A stretch of DNA of 64,000 bases from an uncultured Candidatus Binatia bacterium (GCA_965261895.1 OZ253480.1:549560-613559), one strand, 5' to 3'; counted from the stretch's first letter, positions 46,406 to 62,746 are shown. Program-made: numbers and translations. Notes: generated by a model from the letters alone, not told the origin.

Positions 46406-47901
46406 GATCCTCCCCTCACCCGGAGCACCTCCCGGATGTACGGCTCCGGGTTCATCAACTGCTCGCCTGCCTGCTGCGCCAAGTCGAAGAACGGTCCGGC
46501 GGCCACACCCATCACCACCGCGAGAACCGCGAGGGTCACGATGGGACCCAGCATGAGAGCCATGCCGCCGCCCGGCGGGTTCACCGCGGTGTCCTCCGGC
46601 AAGGGCTTCCAGAACGCCTCTGCCCAGATCTTCGTCATGGAGAACAGGGTCAGCAGGCTCACGCCCAATGCCGCGGCCACCAGCACGAACTGCCCGATGC
46701 CGAGGCCGGCCTTGATCAAAACGAGCTTCCCGAAGAAGCCGGAAAGAGGCGGCACCCCGGCCAGTGAGAACGCCGACAGCAGGAACAGCATCGCGACCCA
46801 CGGGTGGGACCGGTACAGGCCGCCCAGCTTCTTCAGGTCGTAGGTGCCGTGCAGCCGGTGCGCAACTCCGCTCACCAGGAACAGGTTGGTCTTGACGAAG
46901 ATGTTGTGGACGATGAAGAACACCGTGCCGGCCAGGGCCAGGGGGGTGAAGAACCCGAGCCCCATGATCATGTAGCCGATCTGGCTCACGATGTGGAAGG
47001 ACAGCAGCCGTCGGAACTCGTACTGGGCCACGGCGCCCAGCACACCCGTGACCATGGTGATGCCCCCGGCCCAGAGGATGATCGTGTGGGTGTAGTCCAC
47101 GTTGTTGAGGAACAGCAGCGTGAAGACCCGGATCAGGGCGTACACGCCCACCTTGGTCAGGAGCCCGCCGAAGATGGCCGAGACCGCCACCGGCGGCGTG
47201 TGGTACGAAGCCGGCAGCCAGAAGAACAGAGGGAAGATGGCTCCCTTGATGCCGAAGGCCACCAGGAACAGGACGGCAAGGGTGGTCACCATGCCCGGAT
47301 GACCCGCGCTCGCGAGCCTCAGCGACAGGTCCGCCATGTTGAGAGAGCCTGCCATGGCGTAGAGAATGCCTACCGCGGCCAGGAAGAACGCCGACGCCAC
47401 CAGGTTGAGGGTGACGTACTTGATGGCGCCCTCGAGCTGCGCGCGCTCGCCTCCCAACGCGAGAAGCACGAAGGACGAGATCAGCAGCACCTCGAACCAG
47501 ACGAACAGATTGAAGATGTCGCCGGTCAGGAAGGCGCCGGACACGCCCATGATCAGGATGTTGAACAGCGGATAGTAGCCGTAGGCTTCCCGCCCCCGGT
47601 CCATGGTCCCCAGGGAGTAGATGACAATGACCAGCGTCACTACGCCGGTTGCGGCCACCATGATGGCGCTGAACAGGTCGGCCACCAGGGTGATGCCGAA
47701 AGGCGCGATCCAGTCCCCCTGCTGCACCGCCTGGATGCCCCCCGTGGCAATCCGCTCCAGGAGCACGATGGAGACCGTGAAGTAGACGATGCTCCCGGCC
47801 AGCGTGAGGATGCGCTGAGCGGCCACGTAGCGCCAGACCAACAGGCAGCTTGCGCCCACGAACAGCGGGATCAGGATGGGCAGGACGATGAGGGAGGTCA
47901 C
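46402..47901 (-). CDS. mrpD: Na+/H+ antiporter subunit D (NuoN/ND2-like)
   Basis: 499 aa. Confidence 0.85.
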   Translation of the reverse strand: MTSLIVLPILIPLFVGASCLLVWRYVAAQRILTLAGSIVYFTVSIVLLERIATGGIQAVQQGDWIAPFGITLVADLFSAIMVAATGVVTLVIVIYSLGTMDRGREAYGYYPLFNILIMGVSGAFLTGDIFNLFVWFEVLLISSFVLLALGGERAQLEGAIKYVTLNLVASAFFLAAVGILYAMAGSLNMADLSLRLASAGHPGMVTTLAVLFLVAFGIKGAIFPLFFWLPASYHTPPVAVSAIFGGLLTKVGVYALIRVFTLLFLNNVDYTHTIILWAGGITMVTGVLGAVAQYEFRRLLSFHIVSQIGYMIMGLGFFTPLALAGTVFFIVHNIFVKTNLFLVSGVAHRLHGTYDLKKLGGLYRSHPWVAMLFLLSAFSLAGVPPLSGFFGKLVLIKAGLGIGQFVLVAAALGVSLLTLFSMTKIWAEAFWKPLPEDTAVNPPGGGMALMLGPIVTLAVLAVVMGVAAGPFFDLAQQAGEQLMNPEPYIREVLRVRGGS

Positions 47902-48245
47902 GTGTCCGTCGCCTTCATGTCGTCAAGGTCGTCCGTACCCACGGTCTGATACGCACGATAGGCCAGCACCATGGCGAACGCCTGGACGCCGAAGCTGATG
48001 ACGATGGCCGTGAGGATCAACGCCTGCGGCAACGGGTCCGCCACCACCCCGGTGATAGCCTTGGCTCCCTCGGGTATCACGGGTGGAATGGCGCGGGTGA
48101 GGCCCGCGGCGGTGAATACCAGGAGGCTCGCGCCATGGGCCAGGAGCCCCAGCCCGATAATCAGCTTCACGATGCTCCGGCGCATGAGCATGTAGATGCC
48201 GCATGCGTAAAGTCCGCCGATCACGATGGCGAGCAGGGCTTCCAC
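47898..48245 (-). CDS. mrpC: Na+/H+ antiporter subunit C (NuoK-like)
   Basis: GTG start at 48245 ([13 protein letters not shown]...). Confidence 0.75.
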   Translation of the reverse strand: MEALLAIVIGGLYACGIYMLMRRSIVKLIIGLGLLAHGASLLVFTAAGLTRAIPPVIPEGAKAITGVVADPLPQALILTAIVISFGVQAFAMVLAYRAYQTVGTDDLDDMKATDT

Positions 48246-48666
48246 TAGTCGACCTCCTCCACTTCCTCCGCGAGACTCATGATGACGATGAGCACCACGC
48301 CCACCACCACCAGATAGACGCCGATGTCGAAGAGCAGCGGCGTGCCCAGGTGGAGGTCGAGTCCGAGAATATGGAAATGGCCCCATTGGCCGGTCATGAA
48401 GGGTTGTCCCTTGAACAGCGAGAAGACGCCGCTCAGGGCCGCGGCCAGAAGGCCCCAGGCGATGATGGCCTGGGCTCGGCAAGGCAGGACGCGGCGCATG
48501 GAGCGCACGTCGTAGGCAATGGCGTAGAGGGTCAGGGCCGCCGCCAGCACCAGACCGCCCACAAAGCCTCCTCCCGGGTCGTTGTGTCCCCGGAGGAGCA
48601 GAAAGATGGAGAACTGGAACAGCAGGATCAGCAGGAACCGGCTGGCCGTCCTGAGAATCAGCGAGT

Positions 48667-48670
<4 letters not shown>
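48245..48670 (-). CDS. mrpB: Na+/H+ antiporter subunit B
   Basis: 141 aa. Confidence 0.75.
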
Positions 48671-50961
<2,291 letters not shown>

Positions 50962-51018
50962 CGGAGCAGTTCCAGGTGCATGGTCAACGGGTCATGACGT
51001 GGACGGGTCATGACGTGG

Positions 51019-51774
51019 TCATGACGTCCAGACGCCGGCCGGATCGTACTTTCTTACGGCCAGGAGCTCGTCCCGGGACGGCTCCGGAGTCTGGGTGACG
51101 CCGGGCGCCGCCTTGAGCGGCCAATCCGTCTGGTCCTTGATCTCCTGCACCGTCACCCCGGGATGATACGACTCGATCTGCATCTCACGGGTCACGGGGT
51201 CGAACGAGAAGATGCCGAGACTGCTGATGGTGCGGCTCGGCCCGCCGCCGGGCAGGCCGCGTTCTTCGCGCCAGCCCGCGCCGTCGCCGTAGCCCGGGGA
51301 GGTGATGTACTGGACCCGCGGCACGAAACGCCGCCGTTCATGGTTCATGATGATGACGCACCGTCCGGCCAGGGTGGCGATGTCCGCGGCCCCGCCGCTG
51401 CCCGGCAGCCGCAGCCGTCTCCCCTCATCCCCGACCCAATGCGTATTGAGGTTGCCGTGGCAGTCCACCTCGGCGCCGCCGATGAAGCCCATTTCCACGC
51501 GGCCGCTCTGCAGCAGGCTCATGACCGCGATGAGACCACAGCAAAAGAGTGCGCCGGCCACGTTGGGCGGATCGCTCATGGTGAAGATCGGCTCCAGCGC
51601 GGGCCAGTCCCGGATCACGCCGCTCTCGAAGATGCCGATGGCCTTGGGAGCGTGCATTTCCTTGGCCACCGCGAATCCCAGCAGCGGAAGCCGCATTCCC
51701 ACGAAGACGCGTTCACCGTCGCGAATCTCGCGGGCCGCTGCAATGACCATGAGCTCTCGCCGTGTATAGTCCAT
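51019..51774 (-). CDS. CoA-transferase subunit B (3-oxoacid/glutaconate CoA-transferase family I)
   Basis: Begins MDYTRRELMVIAAAREI. ENG-like SESG context (FESGVI). The raw ORF extends to 51834. Confidence 0.75.
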   Translation of the reverse strand: MDYTRRELMVIAAAREIRDGERVFVGMRLPLLGFAVAKEMHAPKAIGIFESGVIRDWPALEPIFTMSDPPNVAGALFCCGLIAVMSLLQSGRVEMGFIGGAEVDCHGNLNTHWVGDEGRRLRLPGSGGAADIATLAGRCVIIMNHERRRFVPRVQYITSPGYGDGAGWREERGLPGGGPSRTISSLGIFSFDPVTREMQIESYHPGVTVQEIKDQTDWPLKAAPGVTQTPEPSRDELLAVRKYDPAGVWTS

Positions 51775-51851
51775 GGGGTCCGTAACGGGCGGGCCGTCAT
51801 TCCTCCACCGCCACCATTTCACTCCCGGTAGCATCCCCGGCGACGCGATTC

Positions 51852-51995
51852 AATGGCCCTTCGACTTCGCTCCGCTGACGCTCCGCTACGCTCAGGACGA
51901 ACGGTGTCCTTGGAAACCCCTTCCGTTCGTCCTGAGCGTAGCGGAGCGAAGTCGAAGGATGCCATTTCCCGAAGTCGAAGGATGCCATTTCCAAT
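51852..51995. repeat. Family-B palindromic repeat, copy B4
   Basis: aatggcccttcgacttcgctccgctgacgctccgctacgctcaggacgaacgg ... ccgttcgtcctgagcgtagcggagcgaagtcgaaggatgccattt plus a partial duplicate. Confidence 0.85.
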
Positions 51996-52026
51996 GGCAG
52001 AATCAGAGGTTCCTTGGAATGCCGCA

Positions 52027-52938
52027 CTAGTACCCATAGCTGACCGGCGCCGCCATGTGGCCGCCGTCGGGCTTGAGGCGCGCCACCCGCTCGGTCCCGA
52101 GCCGCTCCATGTAGCCGTCGGGCCCGTCCACCCCCAGCACCCACTGATTCAGCCAGTCGTCGGATCCGGCCCGGTCCCGGGACTGGGCATGATAGGCGAA
52201 ATAGAAATCGTCGTCGCGGCGGCTATAGCCCTGTGTGGGCGCCGGGTGGGAACCGAACGGGACGCAGGCCACCGCCGCCACCAGGAATCCGGGCACCAGC
52301 GTCCGGTTGGGATCGCTCAGGATCACCTCGTGCGGGACGATCTCCTCGCAGGTGAGCACCACCTTGCCGGCCGCCATGGCGGCATCCTGGGTGACGCCCA
52401 GATTGCCCCAGACGTGGGCGTTGCCCTCTTCGTCCGCCCGCTGGACGTGCAGGATGGCCACGTCCGGCTTCACCGCCCGCACCGCCAGCAGTTTCTCGTC
52501 AGTGAACGGACAGACCACGCCGGCGAACGAATCCTCTTCCCGGAAATCGCTGCCCATGAGCGTTCGCGTGGGCAAGAAAGGCACACCCATGGCCGCGGCC
52601 TTGAGGCCCAGGGCGATGGAGAAGTTGGAATGGTTGTCCACCGCCAGCGGCCCCGGCTCCTGCCGCTCCACCGCGCGGCGGAAGTTGTGCCCCAGCCCGG
52701 CGGCCACGTTGCCGACCCACGCGCCGCACACCCGCCTGGCGCAGCCCGCGCCGATGAGTTGGTCGAACTGCATGTCGGAAATGGTGGTCATCAGCGTGAG
52801 GTCGCGCTTTCGCTGACGGATGAGCTCGTAACCGGCGGCAAAAGGGATCAGCGACTCAAGGGCCGCCCCCATGAAGACGGACATGCCGTCCTCGACCTCC
52901 TCGGCAATGGCGTCTCGAAGGCTGCGGAGTTTCGGCAT
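52027..52938 (-). CDS. CoA-transferase subunit A
   Basis: 303 aa with family I alpha-subunit character. Confidence 0.75.
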   Translation of the reverse strand: MPKLRSLRDAIAEEVEDGMSVFMGAALESLIPFAAGYELIRQRKRDLTLMTTISDMQFDQLIGAGCARRVCGAWVGNVAAGLGHNFRRAVERQEPGPLAVDNHSNFSIALGLKAAAMGVPFLPTRTLMGSDFREEDSFAGVVCPFTDEKLLAVRAVKPDVAILHVQRADEEGNAHVWGNLGVTQDAAMAAGKVVLTCEEIVPHEVILSDPNRTLVPGFLVAAVACVPFGSHPAPTQGYSRRDDDFYFAYHAQSRDRAGSDDWLNQWVLGVDGPDGYMERLGTERVARLKPDGGHMAAPVSYGY

Positions 52939-52993
52939 GGCAGAACTATCTAACCGTTTGCCCCTGGTGAAGCAAGTTGCCGTTTACGGGCGC

Positions 52994-53341
52994 GGGCGGG
53001 TTTCAAACCCGCCCCTACAACGGGCGCATCCGGCCGGCCGCGGAAAATCCCGTTCCCGACGAGAGCGCGACACCCGAGTGTCGGATTATGAGGCACAGGC
53101 CTCTCGTCGTCTGCAAGGCGCGATGAAGTGCCGGCACGGGCGGGTTTAAAACCCGCCCCTACGACGGACGCAGGCGGTCAGGGGCCAGGATAAACGCCGG
53201 GGCTCGGTCATGGGGTCGATTTCGTTGGTGTCGGTCGGATGCGGTAGTGTGGTGTCTCACAAATACGGTTACGAAGATGCGAGGGCATTTTGGTCGTCGG
53301 CAAGGCGCGATGACTTGTAGGGGCGGGTTTCAAACCCGCCC
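52994..53341. repeat. Cluster of three family-A hairpins (52994-53014, 53138-53158, 53321-53341) plus a partial family-D copy (53245-53314)
   Basis: Lies in the 500-bp divergent intergenic region between the CoA-transferase and ferredoxin-NrfD genes. Confidence 0.85.
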
Positions 53342-53437
53342 GTCCCCGTTTTGCCGGCGCGGCCGCAGTGATCCGGTTGGCCGGCGCAGTTTGACTGCCT
53401 GAAGCGGAGGTGGATATATAGCCGCTTGGAGGACTTC

Positions 53438-54973
53438 ATGCGTTACGGATTTGTCATCGACCAAAACCGCTGCATCGGCTGTCACGCCTGTACCGTGGCC
53501 TGCAAGGACGAGCACGACGTGCCCCTGGGGGTCAACCGGACCTGGGTCAAGTACATCGAGAAGGGTGCGTTCCCCGCCACCAGCCGCCATTTTGCGGTGC
53601 TCCGGTGCAACCATTGCGACGACGCGCCGTGCATCGAGATCTGTCCCACGGTGGCGCTCTACCGGAGCCCCAACGGCATCGTCGACTTCGACAACGAACG
53701 ATGCATCGGGTGCAAGTCGTGCATGCAGGCGTGCCCCTACGACGCCCTGTACATCGACCCCGACAACAATACCGCCGCCAAGTGCAACTTCTGCGCGCAC
53801 CGGGTGGAGCTCGGGCTGCAGCCGGCCTGCGAGGTGGTGTGTCCCACCCAGGCCATTATGTCCGGCGACCTCGACGACCCGGACAGCCGCATCAGCCGCA
53901 CCGTGGCCACCCAAAAGGTCTCCGTCAGAAAGCCCCACAAGGGCACCAACCCCAAGCTTTTCTACGTCGGCGTCGAGGAAGACGTGCTGCAGCCAACCAT
54001 GACCGAAACCTCCGACACCCACTTGTGGGCTGACAAGTACCCCGGCGAGGATCTCTACGCCCTCTCCGCTTCCAGACACGGGGGCCCGGTTCCGGGCGGC
54101 GCGCGCGAGGTCTACGACGTGCCGCACCCGAGGCCCTGGGGGCCGAAGATCGCCGCCTATCTCTGGACCAAGTCCATCGGCTCCGGGGTGCTGCTGGTGG
54201 CGGCCTTGCTCATGATGCTCGGGGCGAGCCGGGGCGGGCCGTTGCTGAACATCGTGAGCCCGATTCTGGCGCTGGTCTTTACCGGGCTCACCACCGGCAT
54301 CCTGATCTACGATCTCAAGCGGCCCGACCGCTTCTACTACCTGCTGACCAAGCCCAACCTGCGCTCATGGCTCGTGCTGGGCGGTTACATCCTGATGGCC
54401 TACTCCCTCGCCAGCGTCGTCTGGCTTGCCTACGGGACCGGGACCGGCAGCGTGCCTGTGTGGGTTATCGCCGCCTGCGGCATCCTCGGCATCGGCTCCG
54501 CGGGCTATTCCGCGTTTCTGTTCGCCCAGGCCAAGGGCCGCGACCTGTGGCAGAGCCCGCTCTTTCTCTGGCATCTGCTGGCCCAGGCCGTCGCCGCCGG
54601 GGCCGCCACCCTGATCCTGTTCGGCCTCGTGACGGGCCTCGATGGCCAGGTCATGGCGACCATCGGCACCATCCTCATGGTTTCACTGATCGTCACCGCG
54701 GGTCTGGTGCTGGGAGAGGTGGCGCTGACACCCATCAGCGAGGACGTGCGGCGCGCCACCGAGCTGCTCACCTGCGGTGCGCTCCGGGAGAAGTTCTGGG
54801 GCCTGTTCATGGCCGTGGGCATCCTTCTGCCGGTGATCTTTCTGGTGTGGGCCGGGGCACAGGAACAGGCCTCCTGGTTGCTGCACCCCCTGTCCGCGTT
54901 GCTGGCCCTCATCGGACTCTGGGCGTTCGAGTCCTTGTGGGTCGAGGCCGGGCAAGCCGTGCCGCTGAGCTAG
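53438..54973 (+). CDS. Fusion protein: 4x[4Fe-4S] ferredoxin (DmsB/PsrB-like) + NrfD/PsrC-like integral membrane domain
   Basis: MRYGFVIDQNRCIGCHACTVAC plus three further CxxCxxCxxxCP motifs, then ~8 predicted TM helices. GGAGGA SD. No twin-arginine motif. Confidence 0.8.
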   Translation: MRYGFVIDQNRCIGCHACTVACKDEHDVPLGVNRTWVKYIEKGAFPATSRHFAVLRCNHCDDAPCIEICPTVALYRSPNGIVDFDNERCIGCKSCMQACPYDALYIDPDNNTAAKCNFCAHRVELGLQPACEVVCPTQAIMSGDLDDPDSRISRTVATQKVSVRKPHKGTNPKLFYVGVEEDVLQPTMTETSDTHLWADKYPGEDLYALSASRHGGPVPGGAREVYDVPHPRPWGPKIAAYLWTKSIGSGVLLVAALLMMLGASRGGPLLNIVSPILALVFTGLTTGILIYDLKRPDRFYYLLTKPNLRSWLVLGGYILMAYSLASVVWLAYGTGTGSVPVWVIAACGILGIGSAGYSAFLFAQAKGRDLWQSPLFLWHLLAQAVAAGAATLILFGLVTGLDGQVMATIGTILMVSLIVTAGLVLGEVALTPISEDVRRATELLTCGALREKFWGLFMAVGILLPVIFLVWAGAQEQASWLLHPLSALLALIGLWAFESLWVEAGQAVPLS

Positions 54974-55023
54974 TGTCGCGTCGCCGGCGCTCACGGCCGG
55001 CCATTTGGCGCCATGACGGACGC

Positions 55024-55044
55024 GGGCGGGTTTGAAACCCGCCC
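55024..55044. repeat. Family-A hairpin repeat
   Basis: Lies between the ferredoxin-NrfD gene and the molybdopterin gene. Confidence 0.9.
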
Positions 55045-55087
55045 CTACGACAGCCACGCCCGATGCAGCAAGAAGGGACCCGTCGCA

Positions 55088-57913
<2,826 letters not shown>

Positions 57914-57950
57914 GGTGCCGGGAACCGTGATGATCGGCCGGCGTTCCAAG

Positions 57951-58194
57951 CAGCGTCCTTCGACTTCGCTCGTCCTGAGCGTAGCGAGGCAGCCGAGCGA
58001 AGTCGAAGGGCTCAGGACGAACGGATAAGACATCTCATCCCCGTTCGTCCTGAGCCCTTCGACAGAGCTCAGGACAGGCGTAGAGAGTCCTGAGCCTGTC
58101 GAAGGACTCAGGACGAACGGTTGGGAAAACCCCTATCCCCGTTCGTCCTGAGCGTAGCGAGGCAGCCGAGCGAAGTCGAAGGACGCTGCTTTGA
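57951..58194. repeat. Family-B compound palindromic repeat, copy B5
   Basis: Nested gctcaggacgaacgg / ccgttcgtcctgagc stems and cgaagtcgaagg arms, about 245 bp. Confidence 0.8.
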
Positions 58195-58352
58195 TCGTTG
58201 AGAGTTTCCTCAAAGATATCAGGCCGTTCGCCTTGACAGGTGCCTCGCTTAACCGTTAAGAACGTCGGCTAATATCGGCTTTTGGGAGATAGGCCGATTC
58301 CTTCCCATGACACACTCGAGATCCACCTCAAACCACGAACCAGGAGCACCAT

Positions 58353-59837
58353 GTGTTTGAAGCAATGGCCGATGGGCTGACCGCGCTGTTGAGCGTGGAA
58401 CGGTTCTCTTTCATCACTTTCGGCGTCCTGGTGGGAATGGCGCTGGGGGCCATTCCCGGACTGGGGGGAGTCGTCGGCCTCGCCCTGCTGCTGCCGTTCA
58501 CCTTTGACATGGATCCCACCGCGGCCATCGCGATGCTGGTAGCCTTGGCTGCCGTCCCGACGACCACCGACACCATACCTTCCGTGCTCTTTGCGGTGCC
58601 GGGAACCGTCGGTTCGCAGGCGACGATCCTGGACGGCCACCCCATGGCCCGGAAGGGCGAGGCGGGACGCGCCTTCGGCGCCGCCTATATGTCCTCCCTG
58701 CTGGGCGGCGTCATCGGCGCCATCATTCTCGGCCTGCTCATTCCCGTCCTGAAACCGCTGGTGCTGCTGTTCGCGGCACCAGAGCTCTTCTCCCTGGGCA
58801 TCATGGGCATCTCCATGGTGGCCATCCTCAGCGGCCGGGTCCCCCTCAAGGGCATCGTTGCCGGGGGCATGGGACTGCTGATTTCCATGATCGGCATCGA
58901 CAAGCAGGAAGGGCTGCTGCGGTGGACCTTCGATACGCTCTACCTGTTCGACGGTCTCAACATCATCGTGGTGAGCCTGGGAATCTTCGCGCTGCCCGAG
59001 CTCGCCGACATGGTGATCGAGGGCAAGCAGATCAGCAGCGTGCCCAAGCAGGCCATGAAAGGGGTGGGACACGGCATCCGGGACGTGTTCACCAACTGGT
59101 GGCTGATGCTCCGCTGCGCCTTTCTGGGAACCTGGGTCGGCATCATTCCGGGCCTGGGCTCGGCGGTGGTGGACTGGCTCGCCTACGGACACGCCAAATC
59201 CACCTGCAAGGACGCCGCCTTCACCTTCGGAACCGGCGACGTGCGCGGCGTCATCGCTCCCGAGAGCGCCAACAACGCCAAGCAGGGCGGCGCGCTGGTG
59301 CCCACGCTGGCCTTCGGCATTCCCGGCAGCGCGTCCATGGCGCTCCTGATCGGCGCCTTCATGATCCACGGCCTGCAACCGGGCCCGGACATGCTGAACA
59401 AGCACCTGGCTCTCACATACTCCATCGTGTGGAGCACGGCCATCGCCAACATCATGGCCACGGTCATCGCGCTGTGCTTCACCAACCAGCTTGCCAAGAT
59501 CTCGTCGGTGCGGATCAACATCCTGGCGCCGCTGGTGACGGTGGTGGTGTTCCTGGCCGCCTATCAGGCCACCGCCAACATCTTCGATCTGGTCACCGTG
59601 CTGCTGTTCGGGCTGCTGGGATGGATCATGAAGCGGTGCGGCTGGCCGCGGCCGCCGCTGCTGCTGGGGTTCCTGCTGGGCGGGCTCATCGAGCGGTACC
59701 TCTTTATTTCCGTTCGCGCCTACGGCGCCGCGTTCCTCATCCGGCCGCTGGTGCTGGTGGTCCTGGCGGTCACCATCGTGACCATCTACTACAGCGTCAA
59801 GCAGGAACGGAAAGTCCGACAGCTCACGGGAGAATAG
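58353..59837 (+). CDS. tctA: Tripartite tricarboxylate transporter permease TctA
   Basis: 494 aa with TctA family character. GTG start with AGGAG SD. Confidence 0.85.
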   Translation: MFEAMADGLTALLSVERFSFITFGVLVGMALGAIPGLGGVVGLALLLPFTFDMDPTAAIAMLVALAAVPTTTDTIPSVLFAVPGTVGSQATILDGHPMARKGEAGRAFGAAYMSSLLGGVIGAIILGLLIPVLKPLVLLFAAPELFSLGIMGISMVAILSGRVPLKGIVAGGMGLLISMIGIDKQEGLLRWTFDTLYLFDGLNIIVVSLGIFALPELADMVIEGKQISSVPKQAMKGVGHGIRDVFTNWWLMLRCAFLGTWVGIIPGLGSAVVDWLAYGHAKSTCKDAAFTFGTGDVRGVIAPESANNAKQGGALVPTLAFGIPGSASMALLIGAFMIHGLQPGPDMLNKHLALTYSIVWSTAIANIMATVIALCFTNQLAKISSVRINILAPLVTVVVFLAAYQATANIFDLVTVLLFGLLGWIMKRCGWPRPPLLLGFLLGGLIERYLFISVRAYGAAFLIRPLVLVVLAVTIVTIYYSVKQERKVRQLTGE

Positions 59838-59839
59838 CC

Positions 59840-60355
59840 ATGCGCGTCACACCCTCGCTCGTGTTCACGCTGTGCATCGCCGTAATCGCCGCCGGCATGG
59901 TCTACACCTCCAGGGACTGGCCGCTGGGGACCGGTTTGTTTCCCCGCTCCGTCGGCGTCCCGGTCCTGGTGATGTCGTTGATACAACTGATCATCGACGC
60001 CTACCGCAGCCTCAAGACATCCGGCGGCCAGGAGCGGGAAACCGGCGACCTCCAGGTCGACTGGACCATGTCCACGGCCGAGGTGGCGACCCGGGGCCTG
60101 ACCTTTGCCGGATGGCTCCTGGGCATGTTCTTCGGCATCCTGCTGGTCGGCTTCTTCATCACGGTGCCGTTGTTCACCCTGCTGTATCTGAAGTACCAGG
60201 CCAAGGAAGGATGGGCGGTGACCCTAGGGTTCACCGCCGGCATGCTGGTGTTCTTCGTCGGCGTATTCGACCAGATCCTGCACATTCACTGGCTCGAGCC
60301 TGTCATTTCCGCACCCGAGTCGTTCCTCAAGGCGCTGATGCCCTGGCTGGGGTGA
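59840..60355 (+). CDS. tctB: Tripartite tricarboxylate transporter TctB family small membrane subunit
   Basis: 171 aa, 4 TM. ATG 2 nt after the tctA stop. Confidence 0.75.
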   Translation: MRVTPSLVFTLCIAVIAAGMVYTSRDWPLGTGLFPRSVGVPVLVMSLIQLIIDAYRSLKTSGGQERETGDLQVDWTMSTAEVATRGLTFAGWLLGMFFGILLVGFFITVPLFTLLYLKYQAKEGWAVTLGFTAGMLVFFVGVFDQILHIHWLEPVISAPESFLKALMPWLG

Positions 60356-60420
60356 CGCCTGCCTTCGACCGCCGATGCCCACCCGTCATTCCGGCGAAAG
60401 CCGGAATCCGGAAGGGAGGG

Positions 60421-60460
60421 GAAACAAAAGGGCGCCGGGGAAATCATTTTCCCCGGCGCC
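60421..60460 (-). terminator. Rho-independent terminator for tctC-1
   Basis: GGCGCCGGGGA-aatcattt-TCCCCGGCGCC stem followed on the minus strand by CTTTTGTTTC. Confidence 0.6.
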
Positions 60461-60495
60461 CCTTCGTTACAGCACCCCGGCAGTCCGGGCAGGTG

Positions 60496-61536
60496 CTACT
60501 TCTTCCCCTTGGGGTTGAAGATCTGCGCCACGATGGCCTTGTCTTCCGGTGAGGCGGCCAGCGAGTCCTTCCACATCTTCTGGAGGTCCGGGCCGTTCGT
60601 GGGGTTGACGGGCCGCTTGAGCTTCTTGGCCTCGGCCAGGAACTTCGCATCCTTCATGGTCGCATCGAAGGCCTTGCGCACGAGTGCCACACGCTCCGCC
60701 GGAACGCCCGGCGGCAGGGTGTAGGGACGTCCGTAGCGCGAGAGCAGGAAGGTGGCCCGCACCAGATTCTTCTGCTTCTCGGTTTTGGCCATGTCCTCGA
60801 GCAACGGCGCGTTGGGGAACTCGGGAGCCTTCTTCCCTTCCACCGTGCCGGTCTGGGCGAGCATGACGAGCTCCCCGGCCTTCCACATGTCGCCGAGCTG
60901 ATCCAGGAACGACGAGGTCACGTTGCCGGAGGTATCCACCTCACCCTGCCGCAACGCCAGGCTGTACTGGCGCGCGCCGGGATAACCGAAGACGTAATCG
61001 AACAGCTTTTTGCCGCGCAGCTTCTCAAGGATGTTGCCCATGACGAACCCGCCGGACTGATTGCCGCTGATGCCAACCCTGGCAAGTTTGCCCGATTTCT
61101 CGATCTCGTCCAGCGACTTGAACCGATCCTTCCGGCTGTAGAAGAGGCCGTTCTCGATGACGATGACGCCGACGGCGTTCATCTTGTTGAAGTCGAACTG
61201 GCCGCCGCGGTGCTTGTCACCCACCACCTGCCAGTTCCACACCCCCCAGTTGAGCTGCTCCATGACGGTGCCGTCGCGCCTCGCCTTGTTGTAGAGATAG
61301 CTCGCCGCCCGGACACCGCCCGCTCCCGGCATGTTCTGCACGATGACCGTCGGGTTGCCGGGAATGTGCCGCCCGATATGGCGCGCCAGCATCCGCGAGT
61401 ACGTGTCGTTGCCGCCGCCGGGCGAAGACGAGACGATCAGCCGGATTTTCTTGTCCTCGTAAAAGTCCGCCGCCCCTGCCGAGCCTGCTCCGAACAGGAG
61501 CAGCACGAGCACCACAAGACCCAATACAGCCTGCAT
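60496..61536 (-). CDS. tctC: Tripartite tricarboxylate transporter substrate-binding protein (TctC/Bug family), paralog 1
   Basis: Signal peptide MQAVLGLVVLVLLLFGAGSAGA, then the Bug-family fold. Confidence 0.85.
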   Translation of the reverse strand: MQAVLGLVVLVLLLFGAGSAGAADFYEDKKIRLIVSSSPGGGNDTYSRMLARHIGRHIPGNPTVIVQNMPGAGGVRAASYLYNKARRDGTVMEQLNWGVWNWQVVGDKHRGGQFDFNKMNAVGVIVIENGLFYSRKDRFKSLDEIEKSGKLARVGISGNQSGGFVMGNILEKLRGKKLFDYVFGYPGARQYSLALRQGEVDTSGNVTSSFLDQLGDMWKAGELVMLAQTGTVEGKKAPEFPNAPLLEDMAKTEKQKNLVRATFLLSRYGRPYTLPPGVPAERVALVRKAFDATMKDAKFLAEAKKLKRPVNPTNGPDLQKMWKDSLAASPEDKAIVAQIFNPKGKK

Positions 61537-61634
61537 TGTTACCTCCCAGCTTGAGAAATCTTCGAACCGTTTGCCACGCAGGAATCCTGCATCAAGCACC
61601 TGGAAAAGGCAAGATGGTACGACGGCAAGACGAA

Positions 61635-61672
61635 TTCAAAAGGGCGCCGGGGATTGGATATCCCCGGCGCCC
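61635..61672 (-). terminator. Rho-independent terminator for tctC-2
   Basis: GGGCGCCGGGGA-ttggata-TCCCCGGCGCCC plus CTTTTGAA. This is a duplicated version of the 60421 terminator. Confidence 0.55.
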
Positions 61673-61708
61673 TTCGTTACAGCACCCCGGCTGTCCTGGC
61701 AGGTGCTA

Positions 61709-62746
61709 CTACTTCCCCGCGGGGTTGAAGATCTGCTTCACGATGGCCTTGTCTTCCGGTGAGGCGGCAAGCGAATCCTTCCACATCTCCTGAAGGGCTG
61801 GGCCGCTCGTCGGTCTGACGGGCCGCTTGAGCTTCTTGGCCTCCGACCGGAACTTCGGATCGTTCATGGTGTCGTCGAAGGCCTTGCGCATAAGCGCCAC
61901 GCGGTCCGCGGGGACTCCCGGCGGCAGGGCGTAGGGACGTCCGTAACGCGAGAGCAGGAAGGTGGCGCGCACCAGATTCTTCTGCTTCTCGGTCTTGGCC
62001 AGGGATTCGAGCAAAGGAGCGTTGGGAAACTCGGGGCTCTTCTTGCCTTCCACCGTGCCGGTCTGCGCGAGCATGACGAGTTCCCCGCCCTTCCACATGT
62101 CGCCGAGCTGATCGAGGAACGAAGAGGTCACGTTGCCGGAGACGTCCACCTCACCCTGGCGAAGGGCGAGACTGTACTGGCGGGCGCCGGGATAGCCGAA
62201 CACGTACTCGAACAGCTTCTCGCCGCGCAACTTCTCCAGGATGTTCCCCAGTACGAACCCGCTGGACTGATTGCCGCTGATGCCGACCCTGGCCAGCTTG
62301 CCCGACTTCTTGATCTCATCCAGTGATGTGAAGCGGTCCTTGCGGCTGTAGATCAGGCCGTTCTCGATGACGATCACGCCGATGGCGTGCATCTTGTTGA
62401 AGTCGAATTGGCCGCGGGGATCGCCCACTACCTGCCAGTTCCAGACCCCCCAGTTGAGTTGCTCCATGACGGTGCCGTCCCGCCTGGCCTTCCTGGCAAG
62501 ATAACTCGCCGCCCGAATGCCGCCGGCACCCGGCATGTTCTGCACGATAATCGTCGGGTTCCCGGGTATGTGTCTCCCGATATGGCGGGCGAGCAGCCGC
62601 GAGTATGTGTCGTTACCGCCGCCGGGCGAAGACGACACGATCAGACGGATTTTCTTGCCGTCGTAGAAGTCGGCCGCCCCTGCCGAACCTGCTCCGAACA
62701 GGAACAGCACGAGCAGCACAGAACCCAATATAGCCTGCATTATCAC
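61709..62746 (-). CDS. tctC: TctC/Bug-family substrate-binding protein, paralog 2 (very close to paralog 1)
   Basis: 345 aa. Near-identical to paralog 1 over most of its length. Confidence 0.85.
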   Translation of the reverse strand: MIMQAILGSVLLVLFLFGAGSAGAADFYDGKKIRLIVSSSPGGGNDTYSRLLARHIGRHIPGNPTIIVQNMPGAGGIRAASYLARKARRDGTVMEQLNWGVWNWQVVGDPRGQFDFNKMHAIGVIVIENGLIYSRKDRFTSLDEIKKSGKLARVGISGNQSSGFVLGNILEKLRGEKLFEYVFGYPGARQYSLALRQGEVDVSGNVTSSFLDQLGDMWKGGELVMLAQTGTVEGKKSPEFPNAPLLESLAKTEKQKNLVRATFLLSRYGRPYALPPGVPADRVALMRKAFDDTMNDPKFRSEAKKLKRPVRPTSGPALQEMWKDSLAASPEDKAIVKQIFNPAGK